Shown here one piece after another: positions 38,640 to 49,459 of a DNA stretch of 64,000 nt. Position 1 is the stretch's first letter. Each line of letters begins with the position of its first letter. Made by a program: the position numbers and the translations under genes. This stretch comes from an uncultured Bacilli bacterium (GTDB taxonomy: Bacteria; Bacillota_I; Bacilli_A; RF39; UBA660), in the NCBI GenBank assembly GCA_934177995.1, contig CAKPPW010000001.1, positions 11,378 to 75,377 on the forward strand, given 5' to 3'. The notes beneath the pieces are model-generated. The model ran no database searches and was not told where the DNA came from. It saw nothing but the letters and a program-made list of their open reading frames with translations.

Positions 38640-39671
38640 ATGAGCAAAACAATAAAAAAAGATAATAAAGATTTAGACCAGATTTTAGCTGATATTGAAA
38701 AACAGTTTGGAAAAGGCTCTATTATGTGTCTTGGAGAGGATTCACATATGAAAATTGATGTGGTATCTAGTGGATGTTTATCACTTGATATAGCATTAGG
38801 AGTAGGTGGCTATCCTAAAGGAAGAATAATTGAAATATATGGACCAGAGTCTAGTGGAAAGACAACATTTGCTTTGCAAGCTATTGCTGAAGTACAAAAA
38901 ACTGGGGGAAGAGCTGCTTTTATTGATGCCGAACATGCTCTAGATCCTGATTATGCTAGAAGACTTGGTGTTAATACTAACGAATTATTATTATCACAAC
39001 CAGATACAGGTGAACAAGCTTTAGAAATATGTGAAGCCTTAGTTAGAAGTGAAGCTATTAGTATTATTGTAATAGATTCAGTTGCAGCTTTAGTACCACA
39101 AGCAGAAATAGATGGAGAAATGGGAGACTCACATGTTGGTTTACAAGCAAGATTAATGAGTCAAGCTTTAAGAAAATTATCAGGTACTATTAATAAGACT
39201 AATACTATAGCTATCTTTATTAATCAATTAAGAGAAAAAGTAGGAGTTATGTTTGGTAATCCTGAAACTACTCCAGGTGGTCGTGCCTTAAAATTTTACT
39301 CTAGTATAAGACTAGATATTAGACGTAATGAACAAATTAAAATAGGCGATAAGATAGTTGGTAATAGAACTACTGTTAGGGTAGTTAAAAATAAAGTAGC
39401 TCCACCATTTAAATCTGCTACTGTAGAAATAATGTATGGTGAAGGAGTGTCTAAAGAAGGAGAATTAGTAGATCTTGGGGTAGAAGCAGGTATTATAGAT
39501 AAAGCAGGAGCTTGGTTTTCTTATCAAGGAGAGAAGCTAGGTCAGGGTAAAGAAAATGTTAAATTACTTCTTAGAGATAATAAAGAATTAAAAGAAGAAA
39601 TAGAAGCTAAAGTAAGAGACTTTTATGGGATAAACCTAAATAAGAATAAAGAAAAAAAGGAAAAGAAATAG
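38640..39671 (+). CDS. recA: recombinase RecA
   Basis: [20 protein letters not shown] (Walker A) and the rest of the RecA core. ATG at 38640 with a GAGGAGG RBS. Confidence 0.95.
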   Translation: MSKTIKKDNKDLDQILADIEKQFGKGSIMCLGEDSHMKIDVVSSGCLSLDIALGVGGYPKGRIIEIYGPESSGKTTFALQAIAEVQKTGGRAAFIDAEHALDPDYARRLGVNTNELLLSQPDTGEQALEICEALVRSEAISIIVIDSVAALVPQAEIDGEMGDSHVGLQARLMSQALRKLSGTINKTNTIAIFINQLREKVGVMFGNPETTPGGRALKFYSSIRLDIRRNEQIKIGDKIVGNRTTVRVVKNKVAPPFKSATVEIMYGEGVSKEGELVDLGVEAGIIDKAGAWFSYQGEKLGQGKENVKLLLRDNKELKEEIEAKVRDFYGINLNKNKEKKEKK

Positions 39672-39702
39672 TATTTACTCATTATAAATACATTTTCTTT
39701 TC

Positions 39703-39731
39703 TTGACATTCATTTTATTGCAACGTACAAT
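39703..39731 (+). promoter_or_regulatory. sigma-A-type promoter of rny
   Basis: TTGACA (39703-39708), 17-nt spacer, TACAAT (39726-39731). Confidence 0.55.
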
Positions 39732-39765
39732 AGAATTAGATTATAAGAAAAAATTATAAATCTTA

Positions 39766-41331
39766 GTGGAGGTAAAAATGAATCAATTTATACTCTCCAC
39801 TTTACTATTGTTAGTTGGACTAGTAATTGGTTTTGGGTTAACCATGTTAATTAATACATTAAGAGGAAATAATGCATCAAAGAAAATAGAAGAGATGTTA
39901 GATGAAGCTAATAAAAAAGCTGATCAGCTAAAACGTGATTCTATAATGGAAGCAAAAGAGAAAAATTATCAATTAAAACAAGAAGTTGATAAAGAAATAA
40001 AAGAGAAAAAACAAGAATTAAAAGAGAACGAATTGCGTTTAGAAAAACGTGAAAGTAGCATGGACAAAAGAGATGAGATTTGTCAAAAAAGAGAAGCTAC
40101 TTTAGATGAGAGAGAAGAAAAACTAACCCAAAGACAAAGAGAAATTCAACAGGAACAAGCTGAAGTGGAGAACTTAAAAAAAGAACAATTAGACTTATTA
40201 GAGAAAATATCTGGATTTAGTAAGGAAAAAGCTAAAGAAGTAGTAATGCAAAAAGTAAAAGAATCTATGGCAAGAGAAGTTACTGTCTATATAAATGAAA
40301 AGGAAATGGAAGCTAAAATTACGGCTGAGAAGAAAGCAAAAGAGTTAATAGTTACTTCAATGCAAAGATATGCTGCTGATATTGCAAGTGACCAAACGGT
40401 TACTGTTGTATCCTTACCTAATGAAGATATGAAAGGAAGACTAATTGGTCGAGAAGGTAGAAATATTAGAACAATTGAAGCAGTAACAGGAGTGGATTTA
40501 ATTATCGATGATACTCCAGAAGCAGTAGTATTATCAAGCTTTGATCCGTTACGTAGAGAAATAGCTAGAGTTATGTTAGAAACTTTAATAAAAGATGGAA
40601 GAGTTCATCCTACTAGAATAGAAGAAGTATATGACAAGGTAGCTAAAGAAATGAAAGAACAAATAATGGACTATGGAAATGGGGCTTTGTTTGAACTTGG
40701 TATAACTAAAATGAATCCTGAATTAATTGAATTAGTAGGAAAACTTCATTTTAGAACTAGTTATGGTCAAAATGCTTTAAGCCATTCCGTAGAAGTAGCT
40801 GAACTTTCAGGTCTTATGGCAGCTGAGATTGGTGAAGATGTTAATCTTGCTAAAAGAGCAGGACTTTTGCATGATATAGGAAAAGCAGTTGACCATGAAA
40901 TTGAAGGAAGTCATGTAAGTATTGGCGTTGATCTTGCTAAGAAATATGGTGAAGGAGATGTAGTTATTAATGCTATTGCTTCTCATCATGGAGATACTGA
41001 TTCAACTAGTGTTATAGCTAATTTAGTAGCGATAGCCGATGCTTTATCAGCATCTCGTCCGGGAGCTAGAAACGACTCATTAGAAAACTATATAAGAAGA
41101 TTAACAGAACTAGAAGCAGTAGCTTCTGATATAGAAGGTGTTTCTAAATCTTATGCTATGCAAGCAGGACGTGAATTAAGAGTAATAGTTGAGCCTGAAA
41201 AAGTTGATGACTTACAAGCTCATCGTATTGCTAGAGAAATAAAAGAAAAGATTGAAACAACTCTAAAATATCCAGGTACTATTAAAATAGCAGTTGTTCG
41301 TGAGACAAGAGCTTTAGAAGAAGCAAAATAA
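39766..41331 (+). CDS. rny: ribonuclease Y
   Basis: N-terminal TM, coiled-coil, KH domain (LIGREGRNIRTIE) and HD domain (LLHDIGK). Confidence 0.9.
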   Translation: MEVKMNQFILSTLLLLVGLVIGFGLTMLINTLRGNNASKKIEEMLDEANKKADQLKRDSIMEAKEKNYQLKQEVDKEIKEKKQELKENELRLEKRESSMDKRDEICQKREATLDEREEKLTQRQREIQQEQAEVENLKKEQLDLLEKISGFSKEKAKEVVMQKVKESMAREVTVYINEKEMEAKITAEKKAKELIVTSMQRYAADIASDQTVTVVSLPNEDMKGRLIGREGRNIRTIEAVTGVDLIIDDTPEAVVLSSFDPLRREIARVMLETLIKDGRVHPTRIEEVYDKVAKEMKEQIMDYGNGALFELGITKMNPELIELVGKLHFRTSYGQNALSHSVEVAELSGLMAAEIGEDVNLAKRAGLLHDIGKAVDHEIEGSHVSIGVDLAKKYGEGDVVINAIASHHGDTDSTSVIANLVAIADALSASRPGARNDSLENYIRRLTELEAVASDIEGVSKSYAMQAGRELRVIVEPEKVDDLQAHRIAREIKEKIETTLKYPGTIKIAVVRETRALEEAK

Positions 41332-41370
41332 AAGTCAAGGAATTAAATTTTTTCCTTGACTTCTTTTTTT
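41332..41370. terminator. bidirectional terminator between rny and rnjA
   Basis: aagtcaagga...tccttgactt hairpin with A-run and T-run flanks. It contains the rnjA stop codon. Confidence 0.6.
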
Positions 41371-43028
41371 ACATCTAAAATTATAGGTAGTAGAAGTGGT
41401 CTTCTTCCAGTAAGTTCATATACATAGCTAGATAAATCTTGACTAATAGTTGTTTTTAAATCACTGAAGCTTACATGAGAATCATTTAACTTCTTGGTGA
41501 TTAAATTACCAGCCATATTTTCAATCTTTCTTAGAAGTTCTTCATTTTCATTAACAAGAACAAATCCTCTTGTCGTAATATTTGGTTTAATTAATAGCTT
41601 TTTAGCTTGAAAATCAATATTGACAATTACTACTAAGATACCATCATTAGCCATTATCTTACGATCGTGAATAACAGCACTTCCAACTTCTCCAACCCTT
41701 GCTCCATCTACATAAATAGGAGTATTAGGATAACTTTCTCCTTTGGTAATCTTATGTTTATTTAGAATAAGACTATCTCCATTTTTTAAGATAAAAGTAT
41801 TTTCTTTTGGAATACCACAGTCTACTCCAAGTTCAGCATGTCTTTTAAGCATACGATAATCACCATGGAATGGCATTAAATACTTAGGGTTTAATAATCT
41901 AATCATTAGTTTTAATTCCTCTTGATTAGCATGACCTGATGTATGAAGACTATTGATAGTCATATTTGTAAATACTTTAACACCTTTTAGATATAATTTG
42001 TTAATTGTTTTAGAAATACTTAAGGCATTTCCAGGAATTGCACTACTTGAGAAGATAACAACATCATCTGGTCTTAATTTAATTTGTTTATGAGTTCCAT
42101 CTGCTATTCTTGATAGAGCAGCTAGTGGTTCTCCTTGAGATCCGGTACAAAGAATGGTTACTTCTCCTGGTTTTAAATTATTAGCTTCATCTGCACGAAT
42201 TAGTAATTCTTTGTGATCGATATATCCACCTTTTATAGAAATATCAATATTATTTTCCATAGATCTTCCAAATACACAAATTTTTCGATTATGTTTATAA
42301 CAAGACTCAAAGATATGCTTTAATCTATATATATTAGAAGCGAAAGTAGCAATAATTATTCTATTATACTTATACTTATCAAATATATCAGTTAAAGTGT
42401 CATCAACTCTTGATTCACTAATACTCATTCCTTCGTTTAAAGCATTAGTAGAATCACTTATCAATAAATCAACCCCTTGATGACCAATAGTAGCCATCTT
42501 ATAAAGATCAGCCATAGGACCGATAGGTGTAAGATCAAATTTAAAATCGCCGGTTGTTACGATAGTTCCATTAGGAGTTTTTACCACTATACCATGGGAA
42601 TCTGGAATTGAGTGGGTTGTTCTAATAAAACCTATTTCAAAGTATTTAAATTTAACAATTGTTTGATCATTATAAACATAAAGATTATCATAACGAATGT
42701 TACGATCTTTTAATTTCATATCTATTAATTCTTTTGCTTGATTTGGTGCATAAATAGCAGGTATATTTACCATTTGTAATAAGAATGGTATAGCTCCAAT
42801 ATGATCTTCATGACCATGTGTTATAAATAAAGCTTTAATTTTATCTTCGTTTTGTTTCAAAAAAGAATAGTCTGGTAATACATAATCTATTCCTAATAAA
42901 TCTCCTGCAAAAGAAACACCAGCATCTAAAATAATAATTTCATCTTTATGCATAACGCAGTACATATTGCGTCCAACTTCACCTAAGCCACCTAGAACAA
43001 TAACCTTTGTTTCATCTGACTTATTCAT
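41343..43028 (-). CDS. rnjA: ribonuclease J (metallo-beta-lactamase/beta-CASP)
   Basis: HGHEDHIGA motif and beta-CASP region; 561 aa. Confidence 0.85.
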   Translation of the reverse strand: MNKSDETKVIVLGGLGEVGRNMYCVMHKDEIIILDAGVSFAGDLLGIDYVLPDYSFLKQNEDKIKALFITHGHEDHIGAIPFLLQMVNIPAIYAPNQAKELIDMKLKDRNIRYDNLYVYNDQTIVKFKYFEIGFIRTTHSIPDSHGIVVKTPNGTIVTTGDFKFDLTPIGPMADLYKMATIGHQGVDLLISDSTNALNEGMSISESRVDDTLTDIFDKYKYNRIIIATFASNIYRLKHIFESCYKHNRKICVFGRSMENNIDISIKGGYIDHKELLIRADEANNLKPGEVTILCTGSQGEPLAALSRIADGTHKQIKLRPDDVVIFSSSAIPGNALSISKTINKLYLKGVKVFTNMTINSLHTSGHANQEELKLMIRLLNPKYLMPFHGDYRMLKRHAELGVDCGIPKENTFILKNGDSLILNKHKITKGESYPNTPIYVDGARVGEVGSAVIHDRKIMANDGILVVIVNIDFQAKKLLIKPNITTRGFVLVNENEELLRKIENMAGNLITKKLNDSHVSFSDLKTTISQDLSSYVYELTGRRPLLLPIILDVKKEVKEKI

Positions 43029-43110
43029 TTTTTCTCCTTTCTTTTGAAGTTAATAATAAGAAAGAACTAACCGACATAAATTATACTATAGAAATAAATT
43101 TTTGTCTAGC

Positions 43111-43140
43111 TTGACTTTTCGGGGAAAAAGTGGTATAATC
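43111..43140 (+). promoter_or_regulatory. promoter-like element upstream of the adhesin-sortase operon
   Basis: TTGACT, 17 nt, then TGGTATAAT (extended -10). A second TGCTATAAT follows at about 43208-43217. Confidence 0.4.
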
Positions 43141-43250
43141 TAGCCACAAATATGGAGGGGTTATAGCAAACGTGATTTAACTAAAACCCTTGCTATTTTA
43201 GATGTTTGGTGCTATAATATAGGCACCAATTGAGATTAGGGGGTAAAATT

Positions 43251-45080
43251 ATGAAAAATAATCTAAAAAAAGTTGGAATGTTATCATTGATAATAATGAT
43301 GATTAGTTCGTTTTTTTCAGGATTTGTATTAAATGTAGAAGCAACTTCTGTTCCAAAGTCTTTTACAGCAACTTCTGAAAAGTATCTTGATGGTTATATT
43401 GCAGGATATCATTTTGGAAAAAAGAAAAATAGTGCTGGAGGATATGTTTACTGTAATGATATTCACAAAGGAACTCCACATGGTGAGAAGATGACTCTTG
43501 TTGGAGAAGCACCAGCAGGTATTGCTTACATTTTATCTAATGGGTATCCAAATAAGAGTATTACTGGTAATAGTGATTATGATTACTATATTACACAAGC
43601 GGCTGTTTGGTGGTATTTAGATGATACAACAGGTTCTAGTAACTTATCACAAAGTTTTAAAACAACAGGAAGTGATTCATATGGATTAAGAAAGTATGTT
43701 ACTGCTTTAGTGTCTGCAGCTAAAAAAGTTAAAAGTTATTCTACACCTAGTATTAGTGTAAACAGTAAGAGTGGTAGTATGACTTTGTCTAATGATAAAA
43801 ATTATTATGTTTCAAATGCTATTGGTGTAACAACTAAAGCAGTTAATGGAAAATATAGTGTTTCATTAACCGGTGCACCAAGTGGAACAAAGATTGTTAA
43901 TGCATCTACTTCAAAAGAAGCTAGTTCCTTTGCTACAAATGAAAAATTTAAAGTAATGGTACCAGTAGCTAGTGCACAAAATTTAAAGACAACTATTACT
44001 GTAAATATTAAAGCTACAGGAAGTATTGATAAAGCTTATGAGTATAAATCAACTGATACTTCAGTTCAAAACGTTTATGGAAAAGCTTTATACCCAACAA
44101 CTACTAGTTTATCAGCTAAAACTACTCTTAGTTTAGCTACTAGCAAAGTGTCAATTACAAAGATTGATTCAAGAACTAAGCAAGGTTTAGCTGGAGCAGA
44201 ATTTACTTTGTATGATAATTCAGGAAAGAAAATAACATCATGGACATCAACTACTAAAGCTCATATAATTCAAAATTTGCCAAATGGTACTTATACATTA
44301 AAAGAAACAAAAGCACCAGCTGGTTATAAGATAAGTAAAGAGTCAACAAAATTTACAATTACTGATACAAAGCGTAATATAACATTGAATATTGAAAATA
44401 CAATTTATAGCAAAGTATCAATTATAAAAATCGATTCTAAAACTAAAGTTGCTTTAGCAGGGGCACAATTTGTTTTATATGATAATTCAGGAAAGAAAAT
44501 AACATCATGGACATCAACTGGTAAAGCTCATGTTATTCAAAATTTACCAAATGGTACTTATACATTAAAAGAAACAAAAGCACCAGCTGGTTATAAAATA
44601 AGTAAAGAATCAACGACCTTTACAATCAGTGATACTAATCGTAATTTAACAGTTAAAGTGGAAAATACAGCTTTAACTAAATTAGTAAATATTGTTAAGA
44701 TTGATAAATCGACAGGTCAACCTCTTGCAGGAGCTCACTTAGTAGTGAAAAATGAAAAAGGGGAAACAATAGCTGACTTTGTTAGTACTGAAGAGCCTTA
44801 TACAATAAAAAATCTTGCAGATGGTAAATATAGTGTGTACGAAGTAGAAGCACCAACTGGTTATAAAAAATCAGAAGCAACTTACTATTTCACAATAAGT
44901 GATGGTAATACTGTTGCTAGTGTTACTGTAGAAAATGAAAAAAATGAACCAGAAGAGGTAGTAGAAGTTCCTAATACAGGAAGTAATGATACAGTAATTC
45001 CTATTGCCCTTGGCTCAACAGCTCTATTATCCGGTGTTGGTTTTGTATACTATAATGAAAAGAAGAGAAAACAAAAATAG
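43251..45080 (+). CDS. sortase-anchored thioester-domain adhesin with three CnaB/SpaA-type repeats
   Basis: Signal peptide. YCND Cys and TQAAVWWY Gln motifs of a thioester domain. Three ~89-aa repeats (ITKIDSRTKQGLAGAEFTLYDNSGK...). C-terminal VPNTG, a hydrophobic stretch and a KRKQK sorting signal. Confidence 0.65.
   Translation: MKNNLKKVGMLSLIIMMISSFFSGFVLNVEATSVPKSFTATSEKYLDGYIAGYHFGKKKNSAGGYVYCNDIHKGTPHGEKMTLVGEAPAGIAYILSNGYPNKSITGNSDYDYYITQAAVWWYLDDTTGSSNLSQSFKTTGSDSYGLRKYVTALVSAAKKVKSYSTPSISVNSKSGSMTLSNDKNYYVSNAIGVTTKAVNGKYSVSLTGAPSGTKIVNASTSKEASSFATNEKFKVMVPVASAQNLKTTITVNIKATGSIDKAYEYKSTDTSVQNVYGKALYPTTTSLSAKTTLSLATSKVSITKIDSRTKQGLAGAEFTLYDNSGKKITSWTSTTKAHIIQNLPNGTYTLKETKAPAGYKISKESTKFTITDTKRNITLNIENTIYSKVSIIKIDSKTKVALAGAQFVLYDNSGKKITSWTSTGKAHVIQNLPNGTYTLKETKAPAGYKISKESTTFTISDTNRNLTVKVENTALTKLVNIVKIDKSTGQPLAGAHLVVKNEKGETIADFVSTEEPYTIKNLADGKYSVYEVEAPTGYKKSEATYYFTISDGNTVASVTVENEKNEPEEVVEVPNTGSNDTVIPIALGSTALLSGVGFVYYNEKKRKQK
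44148..44945 (+). repeat. intragenic tandem repeat, ~267 bp x3 (copies 1-2 near-identical, copy 3 diverged)
   Basis: Copies starting at 44148 and 44415 are near-identical at the DNA level; a more diverged third copy runs from ~44680. Confidence 0.7.
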
Positions 45081-45696
45081 TATATTATCTTCTAATATAG
45101 TTGCTTTAATTAGTGCAATAATAATAGTTCTTGGTTTGTTTCTAATATTTTATAATTTCATTAATAAAAAACGTTTAGTTGCTTATGATTATATCAATGA
45201 GCAACTAAATACTAATGTAGAAGTTAAAAATATTACATCAACAGACGAACCAGAAGAAAAAGAAGAGGAAGATAATACTGATAATGATTTAGAACATTAT
45301 ATAGGGTATTTGGAAATACCAAAAATAGGATTTAATAGGGGCTTTTATAATATTGCTTCTCCAGAAAATACAGTGGAGAAAAATATTCAAGTTATTAATG
45401 GAAGTAAGATGCCAAATAAGAAAAATGGTAACCTAATTATAGCTGGTCACTCTGGGACTGGTTGGAAAGCTTTCTTTAATGACTTATATCAATTAAATGT
45501 TGGAGATCAAGCAATTGTTACTTATAAAGATCATAAGTATACATATCAGATCGAAGACATTTCTAAACAAGCGAAAACAGGTACTCTTACTATTAAGAGA
45601 AATAAAAATAAAACAACATTGACACTAATAACATGTACAAATAACGATAGTACTACTCAGACCATTTATGTGGCTAGTCTAGTTAATGTATCATAA
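45055..45696 (+). CDS. sortase (class B/C-like) cognate to the adhesin
   Basis: N-terminal TM. Catalytic His (IIAGHSG), the LTLITCT active-site Cys motif and a downstream Arg. Overlaps the adhesin 3' end. Confidence 0.65.
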   Translation: MKRRENKNSILSSNIVALISAIIIVLGLFLIFYNFINKKRLVAYDYINEQLNTNVEVKNITSTDEPEEKEEEDNTDNDLEHYIGYLEIPKIGFNRGFYNIASPENTVEKNIQVINGSKMPNKKNGNLIIAGHSGTGWKAFFNDLYQLNVGDQAIVTYKDHKYTYQIEDISKQAKTGTLTIKRNKNKTTLTLITCTNNDSTTQTIYVASLVNVS

Positions 45697-45708
45697 AAAT
45701 AAAAGGGG

Positions 45709-46557
45709 GTGTTGGTGATGAGTCCAGTATCGTTAGATGAAAAATTAAAAATTATTTGGAGTGTGATATCCTCATCACCTCTTTACTTAATATTCTTTGT
45801 TGCTATTGCTGTATTAGTTTTTCTATTCAGTACTACTAATAATGCAAATAAGAAGCAAAGTAGAAAAACATATTTCCTAATTTATTCAGCTTTCTTTATC
45901 TATCTTGCTATTCAATATGGTGAAAGTTTTTCTACCTTAGTAGATTATGCAGTTAATCAAGTATTCATTGGTTATTATTTTCCTAATATAGTAATATATA
46001 TATGTATGCTTTTAATAGCAACAATTATTACTTTAGTAAGTATTTTTCATAAAAATATATCTAGAATAATTAAAGTATTAAACTCAATTATTTATGGATT
46101 ACTAGTTTATTTCTTAGTATTAATGTTAAGTATTGTTAATAACTTAAAAGTAGATGTATTTGATTTAAAAGAGTTATACAGTAGTGACAAAGTTCGTAGT
46201 TTATTAGAATTTAGTATGTTTCTATTTGTAACTTGGGTACTAGTCTTGGTAGTTTACCATTTTATTCGTAAATATCAAGAAAAGAAAAGAGAAGATACTA
46301 AAGAAGAGTTTGTTAACTATAATGTTATTCATAACTTTGATGAGGAAAAAGTATTGTCGCCTCGTAAACAATATACTTATTTTGAACAACCAAAAGTGGA
46401 GAAACAAGAAGTAAAAGAAGAAAAGAAAGAAGAACCATTTACTATTGAAGAATATAAATTAATGTTAAAGGTTCTTAAAGAAGAAAAATTAAAAGAACAA
46501 CAACAAATGAATTCATTAACAGAATTAAATCGTTTATATCAGAGTATTGGAGAATAG
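45709..46557 (+). CDS. polytopic membrane protein with charged coiled-coil tail (hypothetical)
   Basis: About 5 TM segments; K/E-rich C-terminus. Confidence 0.35.
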   Translation: MLVMSPVSLDEKLKIIWSVISSSPLYLIFFVAIAVLVFLFSTTNNANKKQSRKTYFLIYSAFFIYLAIQYGESFSTLVDYAVNQVFIGYYFPNIVIYICMLLIATIITLVSIFHKNISRIIKVLNSIIYGLLVYFLVLMLSIVNNLKVDVFDLKELYSSDKVRSLLEFSMFLFVTWVLVLVVYHFIRKYQEKKREDTKEEFVNYNVIHNFDEEKVLSPRKQYTYFEQPKVEKQEVKEEKKEEPFTIEEYKLMLKVLKEEKLKEQQQMNSLTELNRLYQSIGE

Positions 46558-46642
46558 AAAAAAATCTATTCTTTTTTTTGCCTTTACTGGTATTAACTGT
46601 TAATTTAAGATATAATTAATATGGAGAGTGAGGGAAGAGAAG

Positions 46643-48736
46643 ATGGATTTAGAAAACTTAAATAAAGAGCAGAAGAAAGCAGTATTATATAACGAAGGAC
46701 CTCTTCTTATTCTAGCAGGTGCAGGTAGTGGTAAGACTAAAGTTTTAACTACTAAGATAGCATATTTAATCAAAGAAAAAGGTATATCACCTTATGAAGT
46801 ACTTGCTATAACATTTACTAATAAAGCAGCTAAAGAGATGAAGGAAAGAGTAGAAAATTTAATTGGCGAAGAAGCTCGTTTTATTCAGATATCTACCTTC
46901 CATTCCTTTGGATTAAGACTATTAAGAGAAAATTGTAAAGACTTAGGGTATGATCCTAATTTCGTTATAATGGATAGTGATGATTCATTAGTAATAGTTA
47001 AAAAAATAATGAAAGACTTGAACTATGATATAAAACAGTTTAGTCCTAAAGCTGTTAAGAATAAAATAAGTAGTTGTAAAAATGAGCTTATGACACCTAA
47101 TGATTATGAGAAATATGTAGCAGGTGACTTTGATCAAATAATATTAGATGTTTATAGAAAATATGAAGAAAAATTAAAGAGTAGTAATGCTGTTGATTTT
47201 GATGATTTGTTACTACTACCTATAAAATTATTTAGAAAACATAAAGATATTTTAGAGATGTATCAAAATAGATATAAGTATATTCTAATAGATGAGTATC
47301 AAGATACTAATGAAGCTCAATATATATTATCTAAAATGATAAGTGCTAAATATAAAAATATTTGTGTAGTAGGAGATGCTGATCAAGCCATATATGGTTT
47401 TAGAGGAGCTAATTATAAGAATATTTTAAACTTTGAAAAGGATTATCCTAATGCCTTAAGTATTAAACTAGAGCAAAATTATAGATCAACTAAAAATATC
47501 TTGGATGCAGCTAACTGTGTTATTAGAAATAATCAGAGTAGGAAAGAAAAGAATCTTTGGTCAACTAAAGGTGATGGTGAGAAAGTTACTTATTATAGAG
47601 CCTATGATCAACTAGATGAAGCTCATCAAGTAGCTAGTTTCATTAAAAAGATACAAGATAGTGGTAAAAGTCTAAGTCAAGTAGCTATACTTTATAGAAC
47701 TAATGCTCAGTCTCGTGTAATGGAAGAAGAATTACTAAAAGATAGTATTCCCTATCACATAGTAGGAGGTTTAAGTTTCTATTCAAGAAAAGAAATTAAA
47801 GACTTATTAGCATACTTAAAATTAATCTATAATGAAAAAGATGATGTTAGTTTACTAAGAGTTATTAATACACCTAAAAGAGGAATAGGACTTAAGACTA
47901 TTCAGGCTTTACAGACTAAGGCTGACATAAATAACTTTAGTTTATTTGAAGCAATTGATGGTGGTAAAGAACAACCATTTAAGGATTTAATCTTATCACT
48001 AAAGAAAGTATCAGAAACGGTAAGTCTTACAGAGTTAATTGATAAAGTCTTAGATGCTAGTGGAATTAGAAGAGAACTAGAAGCAGAAAAAAGTATAGAA
48101 GCAGAAGTTAGACTTGAAAACTTAAAGGAATTTAAATCTATCACCAAAGCTTTTGAAGAAAGACTAGGTCTAGTATCATTAGAAGACTTTCTATATGAAG
48201 TTAGTTTAGTAAATGATAAAGATGAATATAGTGAAGCTAATGATAAAGTAAGCTTGATGACTGTTCATTCTGTCAAAGGACTTGAGTTTGATATTGTATT
48301 TGTTATTGGACTTGAAGAAGGGATTTTTCCACATATGAATAGTCTATATAGTAGTTATGATGTGGAAGAAGAGCGAAGACTTTGCTATGTAGCTATAACA
48401 AGAGCAAGAGAAAAACTATATCTGTTTAATGCTAGACGAAGAGTACTGTTTGGTAATGAACAAATTAATCCACCAAGTAGATTCTTAGGAGAAATAGATA
48501 AAGATTTATTAGAAACTAATACAGTAGCAAGGAAAGAACCAGAAAAGAAGATAGATGTAAATAGTGTCTTAAGAGATGAAGAGATAGATTATCAAGTAGG
48601 AGACTATGTTGTACATGACCACTTTGGTAGAGGCAAGGTAGTAGATGTTACTAACTCTTTAGTTACAGTTGCTTTTCCACTACCATTTGGTGTTAAAAAA
48701 TTATTAAAAAATCATAAAAGTTTAGCAAAAATTTAG
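46643..48736 (+). CDS. pcrA: ATP-dependent DNA helicase PcrA (UvrD family)
   Basis: LNKEQKKAV, GPLLILAGAGSGKTKVLT, DEYQDTN and VGDADQAIYGFRGA motifs. Confidence 0.9.
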   Translation: MDLENLNKEQKKAVLYNEGPLLILAGAGSGKTKVLTTKIAYLIKEKGISPYEVLAITFTNKAAKEMKERVENLIGEEARFIQISTFHSFGLRLLRENCKDLGYDPNFVIMDSDDSLVIVKKIMKDLNYDIKQFSPKAVKNKISSCKNELMTPNDYEKYVAGDFDQIILDVYRKYEEKLKSSNAVDFDDLLLLPIKLFRKHKDILEMYQNRYKYILIDEYQDTNEAQYILSKMISAKYKNICVVGDADQAIYGFRGANYKNILNFEKDYPNALSIKLEQNYRSTKNILDAANCVIRNNQSRKEKNLWSTKGDGEKVTYYRAYDQLDEAHQVASFIKKIQDSGKSLSQVAILYRTNAQSRVMEEELLKDSIPYHIVGGLSFYSRKEIKDLLAYLKLIYNEKDDVSLLRVINTPKRGIGLKTIQALQTKADINNFSLFEAIDGGKEQPFKDLILSLKKVSETVSLTELIDKVLDASGIRRELEAEKSIEAEVRLENLKEFKSITKAFEERLGLVSLEDFLYEVSLVNDKDEYSEANDKVSLMTVHSVKGLEFDIVFVIGLEEGIFPHMNSLYSSYDVEEERRLCYVAITRAREKLYLFNARRRVLFGNEQINPPSRFLGEIDKDLLETNTVARKEPEKKIDVNSVLRDEEIDYQVGDYVVHDHFGRGKVVDVTNSLVTVAFPLPFGVKKLLKNHKSLAKI

Positions 48737-48748
48737 GAGGGTTTAAAA

Positions 48749-49459
48749 ATGGAAAATAGAATAAGACAAGGATATCAATTAGAGGTAAATAAAAATTTAG
48801 TTCATCGCTTAGAAGGGAAATTAGTAAGTAATTGTGGAAACAGTGAAATTGAACTAAGTAAGAACGAATTATCGGCATTTAATAGATTTATTGTAGTTAA
48901 AGGAAATATATTAAGTGATAAGAAACTAACAATAGATTATTCATTAGATGAAGGATTATTTACAGCAAAAATGAAAAAAACAGGGAAGAAAGGTAATGAG
49001 TATACTACTGCTTTAGTACAAAGTAATTCTTTAATTAATACACTTAATAATTTAAATGACTATTTAGCTTGGTATGGAAAAGACATAGAAAACTCTATTG
49101 ATACAATTAATACTAATTTAGATAAAGATTATAGTTTAGTACTATTAAAAGATGCTTGTAGTTTTTTAAAAGCTGATGATAATTATCAAAAGTTATTAAT
49201 TAATAGAGTAAGTGAAAGAACGGCAAGTATATTTTCAATGTTTCCTAATATTATAAAAAAAGTATCTGATAATGATTCAATGGTGATGGCTGTTGTTAAA
49301 GAAAATGAAAAATATATTGTTAAGAGTAGAGACTTTTTAACTGGTAAAGAAGAGAAAAGTGAAGAGTTTGATGATTTATTAGAAGGTTTAGTTACCGTTG
49401 ATAAAAAAATAGAAAGAGAAAAGAAGGGTAGAAAGATTTTATGCAAAAAACATTATTAG
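48749..49459 (+). CDS. hypothetical protein
   Basis: 236 aa; no family recognised. Confidence 0.3.
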   Translation: MENRIRQGYQLEVNKNLVHRLEGKLVSNCGNSEIELSKNELSAFNRFIVVKGNILSDKKLTIDYSLDEGLFTAKMKKTGKKGNEYTTALVQSNSLINTLNNLNDYLAWYGKDIENSIDTINTNLDKDYSLVLLKDACSFLKADDNYQKLLINRVSERTASIFSMFPNIIKKVSDNDSMVMAVVKENEKYIVKSRDFLTGKEEKSEEFDDLLEGLVTVDKKIEREKKGRKILCKKHY

